Shown here in pieces: positions 47,239 to 56,974 of a DNA stretch of 64,000 bases. Position numbers and translations under genes: made by a program. Each line of letters opens with the position of its first letter. Position 1 is the first letter of the stretch. Source of the DNA: an uncultured Desulfobacteraceae bacterium (GTDB lineage: Bacteria > Desulfobacterota > Desulfobacteria > Desulfobacterales > UBA5852); assembly GCA_942491115.1 (NCBI GenBank), contig CALNZV010000020.1, positions 512,524-576,523 of the forward strand, written 5' to 3'. The notes beneath the pieces were generated by a model. It was not told where the DNA came from. It did no database searches and was given only the letters and a program-made list of their open reading frames with translations.

Positions 47239-47681
47239 CCTCGGGTATCCATCAATGCCGATCGTCAGCTTGGGCCATGACGTGGGTGTTTCCCCCCGCA
47301 TCAGGCGGCGACCCTACCCCTGTCTTAGGGAAGGAAACGGCATTCCATTCATCGTCTCCGACCACCTCGCGATCCTGAAGCAGATCGGCGGGACACCCCC
47401 ATACGGATGGGCCCCGATACGCCGTCGGTGCCCGCAGGTCTGGCAGTTCGCCCCCTGAAGCAACGATGTGACCGGCGGTCGGCAACGATGGTCGGGGCGA
47501 TCCAATGGGCTCCATGGACCGAAGGCCCGTCGGGTCGTTTGAGACTCCAAGGCCTTGATGACCGGGGGGAATGCATAGGGAACCTCCTCCGATATCTACC
47601 GTTTACGGCCGTCCTTCAGGGCGGTTTTCACCTCCGTCAGCGTCGGCCGTTCCGAGAGAAAGGCATCGATCCAACCAGCGG

Positions 47682-48062
47682 TCATGGCGTCGACGGAGGC
47701 GCCTCGGGAAACCGCATCATGGCAGCGGTTTCCAGGAAGCAACTGTTGACAAAACGTTCCACGCTGTAAGGCTTTGGTCGAATTCCCTCAACCGTCATGG
47801 CCTCCACCAGATGGTCGCGGTTGAAACTACAGTAGGCGGCCTTGAGGGCGGATCGCCAGGCATTCTCTCTCAGGGCCTCCGAACGGGACGAACGGTATGT
47901 CATCTTCTGTTCATACCGCTCGATCAACCGGTCGACATGGTCTTGGTAGAAAGCAACGGCCCCCATGGTCGCCGCCTCCTCGGCCAGTGCAGCGCCTACC
48001 CAGGGGGGAATGAGCCATAGGACCGCCGCCAGACCCAAAATCATTCCTTTCATGGGTGTCAT
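47682..48062 (-). CDS. hypothetical secreted protein (3' end possibly frameshifted)
   Basis: 126 aa from the ATG at 48062 (AGGAAAGGAGAG RBS). Signal MTPMKGMILGLAAVLWLIPPWVGAALA. An alternative frame continues with a natural-looking C-terminus to 47596. Confidence 0.45.
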   Translation of the reverse strand: MTPMKGMILGLAAVLWLIPPWVGAALAEEAATMGAVAFYQDHVDRLIERYEQKMTYRSSRSEALRENAWRSALKAAYCSFNRDHLVEAMTVEGIRPKPYSVERFVNSCFLETAAMMRFPEAPPSTP

Positions 48063-48359
48063 CGGTATCTCTCCTTTCCTCCATCGCGGATTACGCTCGC
48101 ATCCCTTCATTGGCAGAAAAGGCATCACAGGGCTGTCGGGAAATCCATCGGAAAAAGAGACCGAAAACCGTCTTCCGGGAATCGATAGAACGCGGGGATG
48201 ATCGATCGACAACGCCGGGAAGCGGCCAGACCAAGGCAGTCGATATCAAAAGGACGGATCGAGCAGGGAGTGGTGGATGATGGCAAAGAGTAGATCCGAT
48301 TGCCACAGGAGAATCAACCCCTGAAAAACCCCTGCAAACCCTTTAGGGTTCTCCTCGGG

Positions 48360-49634
48360 TCAGGCGCGGGAGACAAGGAACGCCCTCAGACTGGCTTTTC
48401 GGTCCGTGAGCCCCAGCTTCTTCCGTATGCTGGAACGGTGGGCCTCGACGGTTTTTTCAGAGACATTGAGAAGGTCGGCGATTTCCTTAGTGCGAAATCC
48501 TTCCTTGACCAGCCGGGCGATCTCGATCTCGGTGGCGCTCAAGATGCCAATCAGGCGATTGAAGCCTGTGGAAAAGGGCCTTGAAAGGGCATCCAGATGC
48601 CCTTTGAGTTTTATCGCCAGAGATTCCATGCCGGTACCCTTGGCACGGAAACAAAGGGCCTCCGCACAGGGACGAAGGGCATTGTCGATCTGCTGCCGGA
48701 TGGAACGGTCGAGCTCCGCCTGGTCCTCCTGGCGGCGCTGAAGAAAGACCTTCAAGGCCGTGTTCATCGCTTCCAGGGCCTGTTCTCGGGCAATCCGTTC
48801 GCCCTCTTGGGCTTTTCGGTCCGTGATATCCCGGGCAATCCCCATAAACCCCGTGGGCCGCCCATCGGAATCCGTGATCAGTGAAATCGAGGCCTCGATG
48901 GTGCACCGGCCTCCGTCCTTCCGGATCAATTCCCAGTCGAAAGCCTTGGCGGCGACGCCGGTTCGATAGACCCGGTTGAACACCCGAAACACTTTCTTTG
49001 CATTGGCCCTGTCCATGAACACGCGGTTGCTCATTCCCATCAGCTCATTGGGCGGGTAGCCGACCATCCTGGCCATGGACCGGTTGAAAAACTGCATGGT
49101 TCCTCTCAGGTCCACCTCGTAATAACCGTCTTCAATACTGCCGATGATGGTGCGATAGCGCTCCTCACCCTCTTTCAAAGCCGCCATGATCCGTTTGCGC
49201 CGGGTCGTGTCCCGGGCAATGCCCATAAAGCCGATGGGCTTGTCCCGGGCACTGCTTTTCAGCGCGACGGATATTTCGATGGCCCGGCGCCGCCCGTCCT
49301 TCCGGAGCAGTTCACAATCGACGGCACGGGCACCGATTCCCAGAAGACGGACCCGGCTGAGAACCGATTTCATGTGGCGGGCGGAGTAGGGAGTCATGAT
49401 GTCCCAATACCCCATCGAGATCAGTTCGCTCTTCGAATACCCCGACAGCAGGGCCATACGGTCGTTGGAAAACGTGAAGGTTCCGTCGAGGGCCAGTTCA
49501 TAATACCCGTCTTCGATACTCTCGATAATGCTGCGGCATCGGTTCTCTTCCTCCCGCAGGGCCTCGGCGGCGGGTCTCCGCCTATCCGGAACGGTCGATT
49601 CGGGTCTGCTTTTCTGAGAGGTGTCGGTAGTCAT
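48360..49634 (-). CDS. PAS-PAS-LuxR-type transcriptional regulator
   Basis: 424 aa. Two duplicated PAS modules (IIESIEDGYYELALDG... and IIGSIEDGYYEVDLRG...). C-terminal LuxR HTH LSATEIEIARLVKEGFRTKEIADLLNVSEKTVEAHRSSIRKKLG. Confidence 0.85.
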   Translation of the reverse strand: MTTDTSQKSRPESTVPDRRRPAAEALREEENRCRSIIESIEDGYYELALDGTFTFSNDRMALLSGYSKSELISMGYWDIMTPYSARHMKSVLSRVRLLGIGARAVDCELLRKDGRRRAIEISVALKSSARDKPIGFMGIARDTTRRKRIMAALKEGEERYRTIIGSIEDGYYEVDLRGTMQFFNRSMARMVGYPPNELMGMSNRVFMDRANAKKVFRVFNRVYRTGVAAKAFDWELIRKDGGRCTIEASISLITDSDGRPTGFMGIARDITDRKAQEGERIAREQALEAMNTALKVFLQRRQEDQAELDRSIRQQIDNALRPCAEALCFRAKGTGMESLAIKLKGHLDALSRPFSTGFNRLIGILSATEIEIARLVKEGFRTKEIADLLNVSEKTVEAHRSSIRKKLGLTDRKASLRAFLVSRA

Positions 49635-49999
49635 CGATGTCGGTCTCCGTGCCCTGTGAACCCTTCCAAAACGGTAGCTGTTCGACGGTCCGCAGGGTCG
49701 TCGGCATCCCTGTCTTCGGTAAGCCGGGTGTTAGGGAATCTCGGCGTGTTGGCGGCGATGTCGAGTCGATGGATGTAAACCGATGGAACAGTGGTGAAAT
49801 AGCGGGCAACGGTCGGGAAAAGCGCGGTCGGGTCGCAGTGAATGCGAGGTGAGGGCCGGCAGGAAACGGTTCGTAGCCGAGACCATTCCATAAAGCCACA
49901 ACCGGGGGCATCAGTCAAGCCGGTAGCCGGCAACCGCCGCACCGGTGGGGCACCGACGATGGAAAATCGACCGCGGCGGCGTCTACAGCGTGACCGGGT

Positions 50000-51253
50000 T
50001 TAGAATTTATACCCCAGGCTGAGGGCCACCAGATGAAGGTTGCTCTCGTAGTCGCCGTTGGCCGGGAACCCCGTATCGGCGCCGATGTCGTTATCCTTTT
50101 CCTTCTCGACCTCTTTTTGGAAGGCGTAGGCGAAAGAGGCTTCGAAGCCCTTGATTCGGTAAGAAGTGCCGACGCTGAACACATGGGAATCCGAGTCCGG
50201 ATTGGAAGGCTCAAAGGTCTTTCCAGGGATAGCGCCCTTCTCGTAGAGGTAGCCTGCCATCAACGCCCAGGAATCGCTCACTTGGTACTTACCGCCAATC
50301 ATGACGCCGTAGGTATCCCTGTAGTGCTTGGGTGATGTCTGGCTGTCCTGGCCGGCGATGGGATCGTCCAGTTCCAGCTTTAATTGTTCGTACCGGGACC
50401 ACCCCTCATACCGGAATCCCGCCTCCATCACGAACCGGTCGGAGAAGTGGTAGGCCAGCCCCGCCAGGAACTGTTCCGGGAGATCGAGATCCACGCTGCC
50501 GCCGGTTTTTGGAAACAGTCCGGCGATCGGGTCGGCGGATGCGGGCAGCTTGTTTTTCACGTCCCCATCCAGGGTTGCATCGTATTTGCTCCGGTAGGAC
50601 ATCCCCAAATGCAGCCGGTCCGTCAGTTTGGCAAACAGCCCCAGATTGAATCCCCAGGCGGTGTCGTCCCCCGAGAACTCCTGCCTTCCCTCTCCGAATG
50701 GAAATGCCTGGTTCAGGTTGAGCCGTCGTTTCAGCGTGCCGTCCAAGATCATATAATCGATGCCGGCGGCGAGCGAAAGCCAGGGAGCAAGCCGAACCGA
50801 TACCGCCGGGTTGATCACATAGGTGGTCAACTCGCTTTTGGTGGCGATGAAGCGCCCCTCCCAATCGTCGGGCCACTCGGTGCTGAGACCGAAGGGATTG
50901 AAGATGCCGATGCCCGCACTGAGCCAGTGGTTGACGGCATGGGTGGCATAGAGAGTGCTGGGAAAGTTGGCGTTGCTTTCGCCGGCGGTATTTCTTCCGG
51001 TAAGGTCGCTGTTGAAATCACGATCATCGTAAATGAGGGTCGTACCGATTTCGAACTGGGTTCCCGGAAGATCGTTCATGATGGCCGGGTTGTAGAAAAG
51101 GGTGGACGGTGAATCGGAATGGGCAATGACGGCATTGGCCTGGCCCAGGGCCTTGGCCCCTTGGGTAAACACTGAGAAACCCGCAGCCCCAGCGCTGGAT
51201 GCAGCACACCAAAAAATCAAAAAAACCCCCCACGACCATCGGTAATGATACAC
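50000..51253 (-). CDS. FadL/TodX-family outer-membrane hydrophobic-compound channel
   Basis: About 417 aa from the GTG at 51253 (CAGGAGG RBS). Signal peptide. GFSVFTQGAKALGQANAVIAHSDSPSTLFYNPA N-terminal hatch motif. Beta-strand-rich, with a C-terminal LSLGYKF. Confidence 0.8.
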   Translation of the reverse strand: MYHYRWSWGVFLIFWCAASSAGAAGFSVFTQGAKALGQANAVIAHSDSPSTLFYNPAIMNDLPGTQFEIGTTLIYDDRDFNSDLTGRNTAGESNANFPSTLYATHAVNHWLSAGIGIFNPFGLSTEWPDDWEGRFIATKSELTTYVINPAVSVRLAPWLSLAAGIDYMILDGTLKRRLNLNQAFPFGEGRQEFSGDDTAWGFNLGLFAKLTDRLHLGMSYRSKYDATLDGDVKNKLPASADPIAGLFPKTGGSVDLDLPEQFLAGLAYHFSDRFVMEAGFRYEGWSRYEQLKLELDDPIAGQDSQTSPKHYRDTYGVMIGGKYQVSDSWALMAGYLYEKGAIPGKTFEPSNPDSDSHVFSVGTSYRIKGFEASFAYAFQKEVEKEKDNDIGADTGFPANGDYESNLHLVALSLGYKF

Positions 51254-51750
51254 GATCGAAACCTCCTGAAAAATAGTTAAATACTCATATATCCAGCGGT
51301 TTGGGCCACCAAAGCCAGCCTTAGTTCGATTTGTTAATGGAGTCAAACGAATCCGATGCTCGGTCCAGTCTTCGCCTGCGCATGTCGGGGGCTGCGATCA
51401 AAGCGTCGGTGGTGCGCCAGGACGGAGAGCCCATGGGCACTCACTTGCAAGGGCCCCTTCTATCTCTTATCGGCAACTGCCCCGATTAGGACGAGCACCG
51501 CCTACCGGATTGCTCCCGAAGGCAGGCGCCTGCTGGAAACGACAGTCGCGGTCAGGGGAACCCATCACGACCATCGACGACGGCCGCATTGCCGAATCCA
51601 TCTTTGCCGTTTACCTGTCCACGAATCGTTCTTATTATTCTGGTAGAAAGCAACGCCGTCCCATCGGCAACAGCCAAATCCGACCCCGGCCTCGACCACA
51701 CGGTTCCCTTTCCATTGGCACCTTCGGACGGCTGACTCCCAACGATCGAG

Positions 51751-52110
51751 ATGGAAGCCATGGGTGATTCCTTTTACGAAACCTTCCGTGTCGTCATGAT
51801 TTTTCTGGCGGCGTGGCTGTTTTATTCGTCCATGAAAAAGATCGATTACCTCTGGGCCAACCGCAGCCCCCTGAGCGACGGTGAATACCTCTCCCATTTG
51901 GCAAGGACCGGCGGCATCAGCGAGTATGATCTCTTCCTTCGGGCTGCCGAGGTCTGGAGTATCCCTCGTTCCAGGGTGGAAGCGGACTTCAAGGACTATC
52001 TTCTCCACGACCAGATGCCCCACTACATGAAAGACTTTATCCGACGACACCGGATGCCCGCTCCCGACCAGGCCGTCAACGAGCGAGAAGACACCCGTGA
52101 TCGGCCTTAA
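51751..52110 (+). CDS. hypothetical membrane-anchored protein
   Basis: 119 aa. One TM (FRVVMIFLAAWLFYSSM). Looks more protein-like than the overlapping antisense ORF 51565-52050. No family recognised. Confidence 0.4.
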   Translation: MEAMGDSFYETFRVVMIFLAAWLFYSSMKKIDYLWANRSPLSDGEYLSHLARTGGISEYDLFLRAAEVWSIPRSRVEADFKDYLLHDQMPHYMKDFIRRHRMPAPDQAVNEREDTRDRP

Positions 52111-52252
52111 ATCGACTCCTCGGCCGTGTCCACCGGTTCACGCCTGAACCACGTGACAGGCACCGCTTCCGACGGCTTTTTCGCTCACAAATGGAGGCGG
52201 GAGGGATCGTCTCTGTTGTAAGATCGTCCAGGAAGCGCCGACGCGACGGGAG

Positions 52253-53353
52253 TCAGTGAGGAAGTTCAACCCTTAGAAATCGGGGGCGATAAATGGTTGC
52301 ATCCAGATAGAGGGCGTCCGGGCTGCGGACATGATTGAGGTTGTAGGACAATAGGAGGCGACCCGCCTCCGTAAACTGAGGATGGACCGACGGATTGTAA
52401 GCCGCCACGTCCTCGTCGGCCTCGGGTGCTCGATAGCGCAGAATGGGGCCGTTCCATGGCCCTTGGGGCTCGGGAGACACATACAGCACCAGGTCGGGCG
52501 AAAACGGCTGGCGCCGGTCCATGGTGATAAGGGCAAAGCCATCATCACCCCACGCCGTAACGCCGTATTGAACGGAGACCCCAGTCAATATGCCCTGGGA
52601 CGATGCGGAGTGAAGGGACCAGCCGCGGCCATCCCAGAACGACCAGGAGCCGCCGAGATCTCCCCTGGGGGCCCGGGCGACGTGGGCGACCGTTCCGCCT
52701 CCCTGGTCTTTCGTGCCGAACACATAAGTGTATCGGGTCGCCTCCAGAAGGGCCACGCCATACATAACACCATTGTCGTATGCCAGGGGGGCGATGGCCT
52801 CCAGGTCGAGGGAGGGGTAGGCAAGGGAGGCGATCTCTGTCCCCACCCATTTCCACCCCCACATCCCAGGGGACTGTTGGAAAAACCGGTGAAGGAACAC
52901 CCGGATCCGGCGGTTTTCAACCACTCCGTCACCCGGCCAGTACCATCGGGAGGGTGACTCGGCAGGAAAAAAGGCGGACGGGCTGTCGACCGGTCCCCCG
53001 TGGAGGGTCGTAAGGTGCTTTCCCCTCTGCAGCACCAGGCAGTTTCTCACCATTGGCGACATTGGCGATCTGGAACCGTTCGGTCGAATCCGCCCCAGAA
53101 AACTGTCCCCAAACAGCCACAGGGTGCTCCCGTCCGGGAGCGAAACCGATTGGGTGGCATCCCCTCCCGTCCACCCCGGGCCATGGCTTGAAAAGAGCGC
53201 ATTGAAATGGATGTCCGGTGCAACAGCGGTTGCCGGCAGGTGCGATGAGCGAACCGGTGACCGGCATGACAGAAGCCCTAAGGACAAAACGGCCAGAAGG
53301 CAGGTCAGTGCGATGATTCTCAGGCTGTCGTTTCTTCTGATCAAGGCGATCAT
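52253..53353 (-). CDS. secreted lipoprotein, DUF4185-like (beta-propeller, glycoside-hydrolase-like; tentative)
   Basis: 366 aa. Lipobox LSLGLLSC. WTGGDATQSVSLPDGSTLWLFGDSFLG and YNPSVHPQF resemble DUF4185-type proteins as I recall them. Confidence 0.55.
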   Translation of the reverse strand: MIALIRRNDSLRIIALTCLLAVLSLGLLSCRSPVRSSHLPATAVAPDIHFNALFSSHGPGWTGGDATQSVSLPDGSTLWLFGDSFLGRIRPNGSRSPMSPMVRNCLVLQRGKHLTTLHGGPVDSPSAFFPAESPSRWYWPGDGVVENRRIRVFLHRFFQQSPGMWGWKWVGTEIASLAYPSLDLEAIAPLAYDNGVMYGVALLEATRYTYVFGTKDQGGGTVAHVARAPRGDLGGSWSFWDGRGWSLHSASSQGILTGVSVQYGVTAWGDDGFALITMDRRQPFSPDLVLYVSPEPQGPWNGPILRYRAPEADEDVAAYNPSVHPQFTEAGRLLLSYNLNHVRSPDALYLDATIYRPRFLRVELPH

Positions 53354-53391
53354 CGGTTTTTCTCGATAACCGAGGCTACCGTCGACGGATG

Positions 53392-55431
53392 TCAGTCCCC
53401 AACCCGCCTCACGGCGATGCAGGTAATGTCATCGGTGGGGGGGCACGTTCCCACATGTCGTTTCAAAGCGTCCTGTAAACCGGCGATTTGGCCGCCCGCC
53501 GAAGTGGATGCGCTGCCGATAAAGGCCTCCAGCCGCTCGCTGCCGAAGGGAGCCCCGTCGCCATTGACGGCATCCACCACACCGTCCGTCAGCCCGATCA
53601 ACCCGTCGCCCGGAAGAAGGACGGTTTCCGCCGATCGAAAGCGGGCATCGGAAAAGGCCCCGACGGCAGGACCCGTAGGCCGGAGACGGTCTTTCACGAC
53701 CCCTCTCCCGGTAACGACCGGGGGCTCGTGCCCCCCGTTGACGTATACCAGCTTTCCTGATGAGGGGTCGAGGACACCAAAAAAGAGGGTCGCGAACATC
53801 CCCTCCTCGCCATGGGTTACCGCGATATAATGGTTTACGGTAGTCACGGTGCGAAGGAGGAGGGTATCGGATGACAATCCAGATGAGTCTCCTGGGGCAG
53901 CCAGCCCGCCGTCGGCTCCGGAAAGCACACGAATGAGGCTTCTGAAGATGGCCATAAAGAGGGCGGCGCCAACCCCTTTGTCGCAGATGTCGGCAATGAC
54001 GAGACCATAGCGTTTCCCACCCGCCATGGGGAACACGTCGTAAAAATCCCCGCTGACTTGACGGGCCGGTTCGAAAAGAACGGCCATCTCCCACCCCTCG
54101 ATATTGGGAAGAACGCTTGGAAGAAACCCCTTCTGGATCCGACGACCGATTTCCAATTCCCCCTCGGCTGCCCGGCGAGCCCTTTCGTTTCGGGCATACA
54201 AGGCGGCTTTCTCGATGGTGATCATCCCCACGATGGCGCCCGTCGATAAGATAACAGATACAATAGGGATCACCACCGGGAGTAGAAGACGAAACGCCCA
54301 GAGAGCCATTGTGGCGATGCCGATATATCCGATTCCCACCGCCAGAGCCCCGACGGCAAAGACCGGGGTGGAGGAGCGGAAGGACAGGAGAAACACCGCG
54401 CCGAGAAGTGCCAGTTCGATCAGGGGGGTAAAGGCCCAGGGGGCCGGTTTGACGACCGTGTTGGAAAGAATGGCGTGAATCAGCGCTCCGTGGATCACGC
54501 CTGTCGACATAATGTCGGGCCCGGGACCCCGCAGCACCCGGATGGGTTGGCCGCCCGTCTCCGAAAAAATGGCGACGGACCCCGCCAGGCCCGGATCCCC
54601 CTCCGTTTCAAGAATTTCGCTGTAGCTGATGTGCCGGAGGCTTTCGGGCCATCGGCCCACATCCAGAATCACACGGCCTCGTCGGTCAATGGGAATCCTC
54701 CGTTGAAGCCGCCCCGATGCATCCGACAGTCGAACCGCCCTCCCTAGATCGACGACCACCCGATCCAGTGAAACGCCCTCCGCCTCGCAGACGGCCCGCA
54801 GAGCCAGACTGGGCACATAGGTATCGCCAGAGCGGACCACCAGAGGCACCCGGCGGAGGATACCGTCCGGGTCCGCAATCAGATTTACGAAACCGTAACC
54901 CCCTGCCTCGGCAGCGATGGAGGCATAAGGAGTCCGAAGGGTCCGACCCGCGGGCAGATTATCGGTGTCTCCCCGGACATCCAGAGTCCAGGAGACCGGC
55001 GGACGCGACTCCACGGTCTCCCGCAGTCCATGGTCGGACGGCACCAAATCCGGTTCGACCCCCAAAATAACCCTTCCCGATGACTCGACAGCCCTGGCCA
55101 AGGCCTCGTCTTCAACCCCGTCGCCCGGGCCGTCAAAGACATGGTCGATGACCAGAGGTCCAGCCCCAAGGGTTGTCAGCCGCCGGATCACCTGACCGTG
55201 GATTGACCGGTTGAGGTAATAGTTGGCATCCACGTGAACGAGACGGGATGGTGTGTGGGAGTCGGCGGGATCGGGTCGGAAGTGGTGGGTAAACAGGGGA
55301 TCGGATAGTCGATGGCGCAGGCCCTCGAACCGATCCGGATCCCCCCATTCGAGCCCGTGGGAGAGGGCGGCAGCCATCAAAATCAGAATCCATCGTCGCC
55401 CAAGGGTTCCAGTGACCGCCTCGATCAGCAT
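53392..55431 (-). CDS. CHASE2 sensor domain / PP2C (SpoIIE) serine phosphatase membrane protein
   Basis: 679 aa. N-terminal TM plus a periplasmic CHASE2-like region, three TM segments, then a PP2C region (SGDFYDVF...GLVIADICDKGVGAALFMA...GDGLIGLTDGVVDA...DDITCIAV). Confidence 0.8.
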   Translation of the reverse strand: MLIEAVTGTLGRRWILILMAAALSHGLEWGDPDRFEGLRHRLSDPLFTHHFRPDPADSHTPSRLVHVDANYYLNRSIHGQVIRRLTTLGAGPLVIDHVFDGPGDGVEDEALARAVESSGRVILGVEPDLVPSDHGLRETVESRPPVSWTLDVRGDTDNLPAGRTLRTPYASIAAEAGGYGFVNLIADPDGILRRVPLVVRSGDTYVPSLALRAVCEAEGVSLDRVVVDLGRAVRLSDASGRLQRRIPIDRRGRVILDVGRWPESLRHISYSEILETEGDPGLAGSVAIFSETGGQPIRVLRGPGPDIMSTGVIHGALIHAILSNTVVKPAPWAFTPLIELALLGAVFLLSFRSSTPVFAVGALAVGIGYIGIATMALWAFRLLLPVVIPIVSVILSTGAIVGMITIEKAALYARNERARRAAEGELEIGRRIQKGFLPSVLPNIEGWEMAVLFEPARQVSGDFYDVFPMAGGKRYGLVIADICDKGVGAALFMAIFRSLIRVLSGADGGLAAPGDSSGLSSDTLLLRTVTTVNHYIAVTHGEEGMFATLFFGVLDPSSGKLVYVNGGHEPPVVTGRGVVKDRLRPTGPAVGAFSDARFRSAETVLLPGDGLIGLTDGVVDAVNGDGAPFGSERLEAFIGSASTSAGGQIAGLQDALKRHVGTCPPTDDITCIAVRRVGD

Positions 55432-55479
55432 ATCGATCCGCTCATCATTCGCCCCCGCTGTCGAAGCAGCCCTGTTTGC

Positions 55480-56937
55480 CTACAGGGTCCGGGGATGCAG
55501 GAAAAGGTTCACATCGAAAATAAGGGTATGCCGGGCCGGTGCAGGGCCCTCAGCGCCCTCGATGTCGAATTCCCTCAGATCGATCGAAAATGCGGTTCGA
55601 ACGATGAGGCGGGGTTCTCCTCCCTCGCCGATGACCGGCTCGAACTCCGCGGGGCACTCCAGCGCAACGCTCTTGCCTTTCAGGGTAAAGGTCCCGGAAA
55701 CCACACCAGGCGACAGTTGGCCGTAGGCAATCTCGTCATCGCTGGACACGCGGGAAATATCGTATCGGGAAGCCGGATATTCCCTGGTGTAGAGGAGAAG
55801 ACTGCCGCGAATGGCCTCGTCCAGGGTGGGTTCCCCCATGGTGATACTAGATCGTGTGTCCACTTCGACAAAACCGGAAGCACCGTCCAGGTTCAACCCT
55901 TCGGGAAGGGTCAAGGCACCTGAGGCGGCGGTCACCTCTCCCGTGTAGTTGTCTAACGGCGCGGGGAACCGAAACTGGATGATCGGGGGATCCCCGGGCC
56001 CGGGGGCGGCCAAAGTCCAGTGGGATCCGAGGGGGGCAGCCGGACCTGAATTCCCGGCGGTACCGGGAGGCTCTGGAGGCAAAGGGAATCCGATGGCGTT
56101 CCAGTCCCGAGTGGGGACCGTCCGAGCGACGGGGTCAAAGGCATCCCCCGACTGAGGGAGCTGAATTTGTCTGGCGACGGCCTCCTCCATGAGCCGCCCA
56201 GCCTCCCGAAACAGGGCGTTCCGGTCTTCCCATGGCCCAACCAGGGGATCTATTTTTTTCACGTACACCGGCTCCTTGCAGTGGAACTGGGAATAGAGGG
56301 CAAGGGAGAGAAACAAGGTGCCGTCCTGGGACCGCCATGGGTAGAAGTCCATGTAGAATCCACGGTCTCCCCGGCCCAACGACACCGTGGATCGAGGCGC
56401 AAACCGCTCCATACCCTCGAAAATGCTCTTTAAGGCTTCCGATTTAAAGGCCGCATCGTCGTATGGGTCGGGAGGGGTGCCGGTGACCGACGATATTTTA
56501 ATGGGCGCCCAGATGCTCGAACGCCCGGCAGCCCATATCGGAATAGCCTCGCGACGGTTGGGGTCGTCCCCCTGGGGTATGAAACGGGAGGTACGGATGA
56601 AATGGCGGAGTCGTGACGGGGTGGTGGTTCGCCCTTGGTAAATGGATCTTCCCCGGTGGTTTTGATAGACCATAAGGGGGGTAATGGTCACCGCTTCGGG
56701 AACGCCGCCAGCCACCTCAACCAGATGAATCGACACACCCATGTCGTCGGCCGCCTTGCGGATGTCGGGCAGCTGAACTTCGCGGAACACCTTGTCCACA
56801 TCGGACGCTCCCGAGTGAACGAAAACGATGAGTTGCTCGTATGGCCCATCGGCGGAAACCGATGTCGGCGTGATCGATACCAGCAGGACGAGCAGGCGCA
56901 GTAGGGTGGTATTCCACACAAGAATCCATCCGGTCAT
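55480..56937 (-). CDS. secreted protein: unknown ~330-aa N-terminal region fused to a YceI-like C-terminal domain
   Basis: 485 aa from the ATG at 56937. Signal/anchor LLRLLVLLVSITPTSVSA. C-terminal ~150 aa (GEVTAASGALTL...VSGTFTLKGKSVALECPAEFEPV...LIVRTAFSIDLREFDI) is YceI-like. Confidence 0.6.
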   Translation of the reverse strand: MTGWILVWNTTLLRLLVLLVSITPTSVSADGPYEQLIVFVHSGASDVDKVFREVQLPDIRKAADDMGVSIHLVEVAGGVPEAVTITPLMVYQNHRGRSIYQGRTTTPSRLRHFIRTSRFIPQGDDPNRREAIPIWAAGRSSIWAPIKISSVTGTPPDPYDDAAFKSEALKSIFEGMERFAPRSTVSLGRGDRGFYMDFYPWRSQDGTLFLSLALYSQFHCKEPVYVKKIDPLVGPWEDRNALFREAGRLMEEAVARQIQLPQSGDAFDPVARTVPTRDWNAIGFPLPPEPPGTAGNSGPAAPLGSHWTLAAPGPGDPPIIQFRFPAPLDNYTGEVTAASGALTLPEGLNLDGASGFVEVDTRSSITMGEPTLDEAIRGSLLLYTREYPASRYDISRVSSDDEIAYGQLSPGVVSGTFTLKGKSVALECPAEFEPVIGEGGEPRLIVRTAFSIDLREFDIEGAEGPAPARHTLIFDVNLFLHPRTL

Positions 56938-56974
56938 CGCACCTTTCGAGGGTAGTGGCTGCCTGGACATGGGC

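Noticed and set aside
51380-51460. Possible SRP (4.5S) RNA because of GGGGGC...GGGCCCC terminal pairing
   Set aside because: The element is too short (about 70 nt). It lacks the conserved domain IV motif (GGUCAGGUCCGGAAGGAAGCAGCC-like, with GNRA loop and AGCA).
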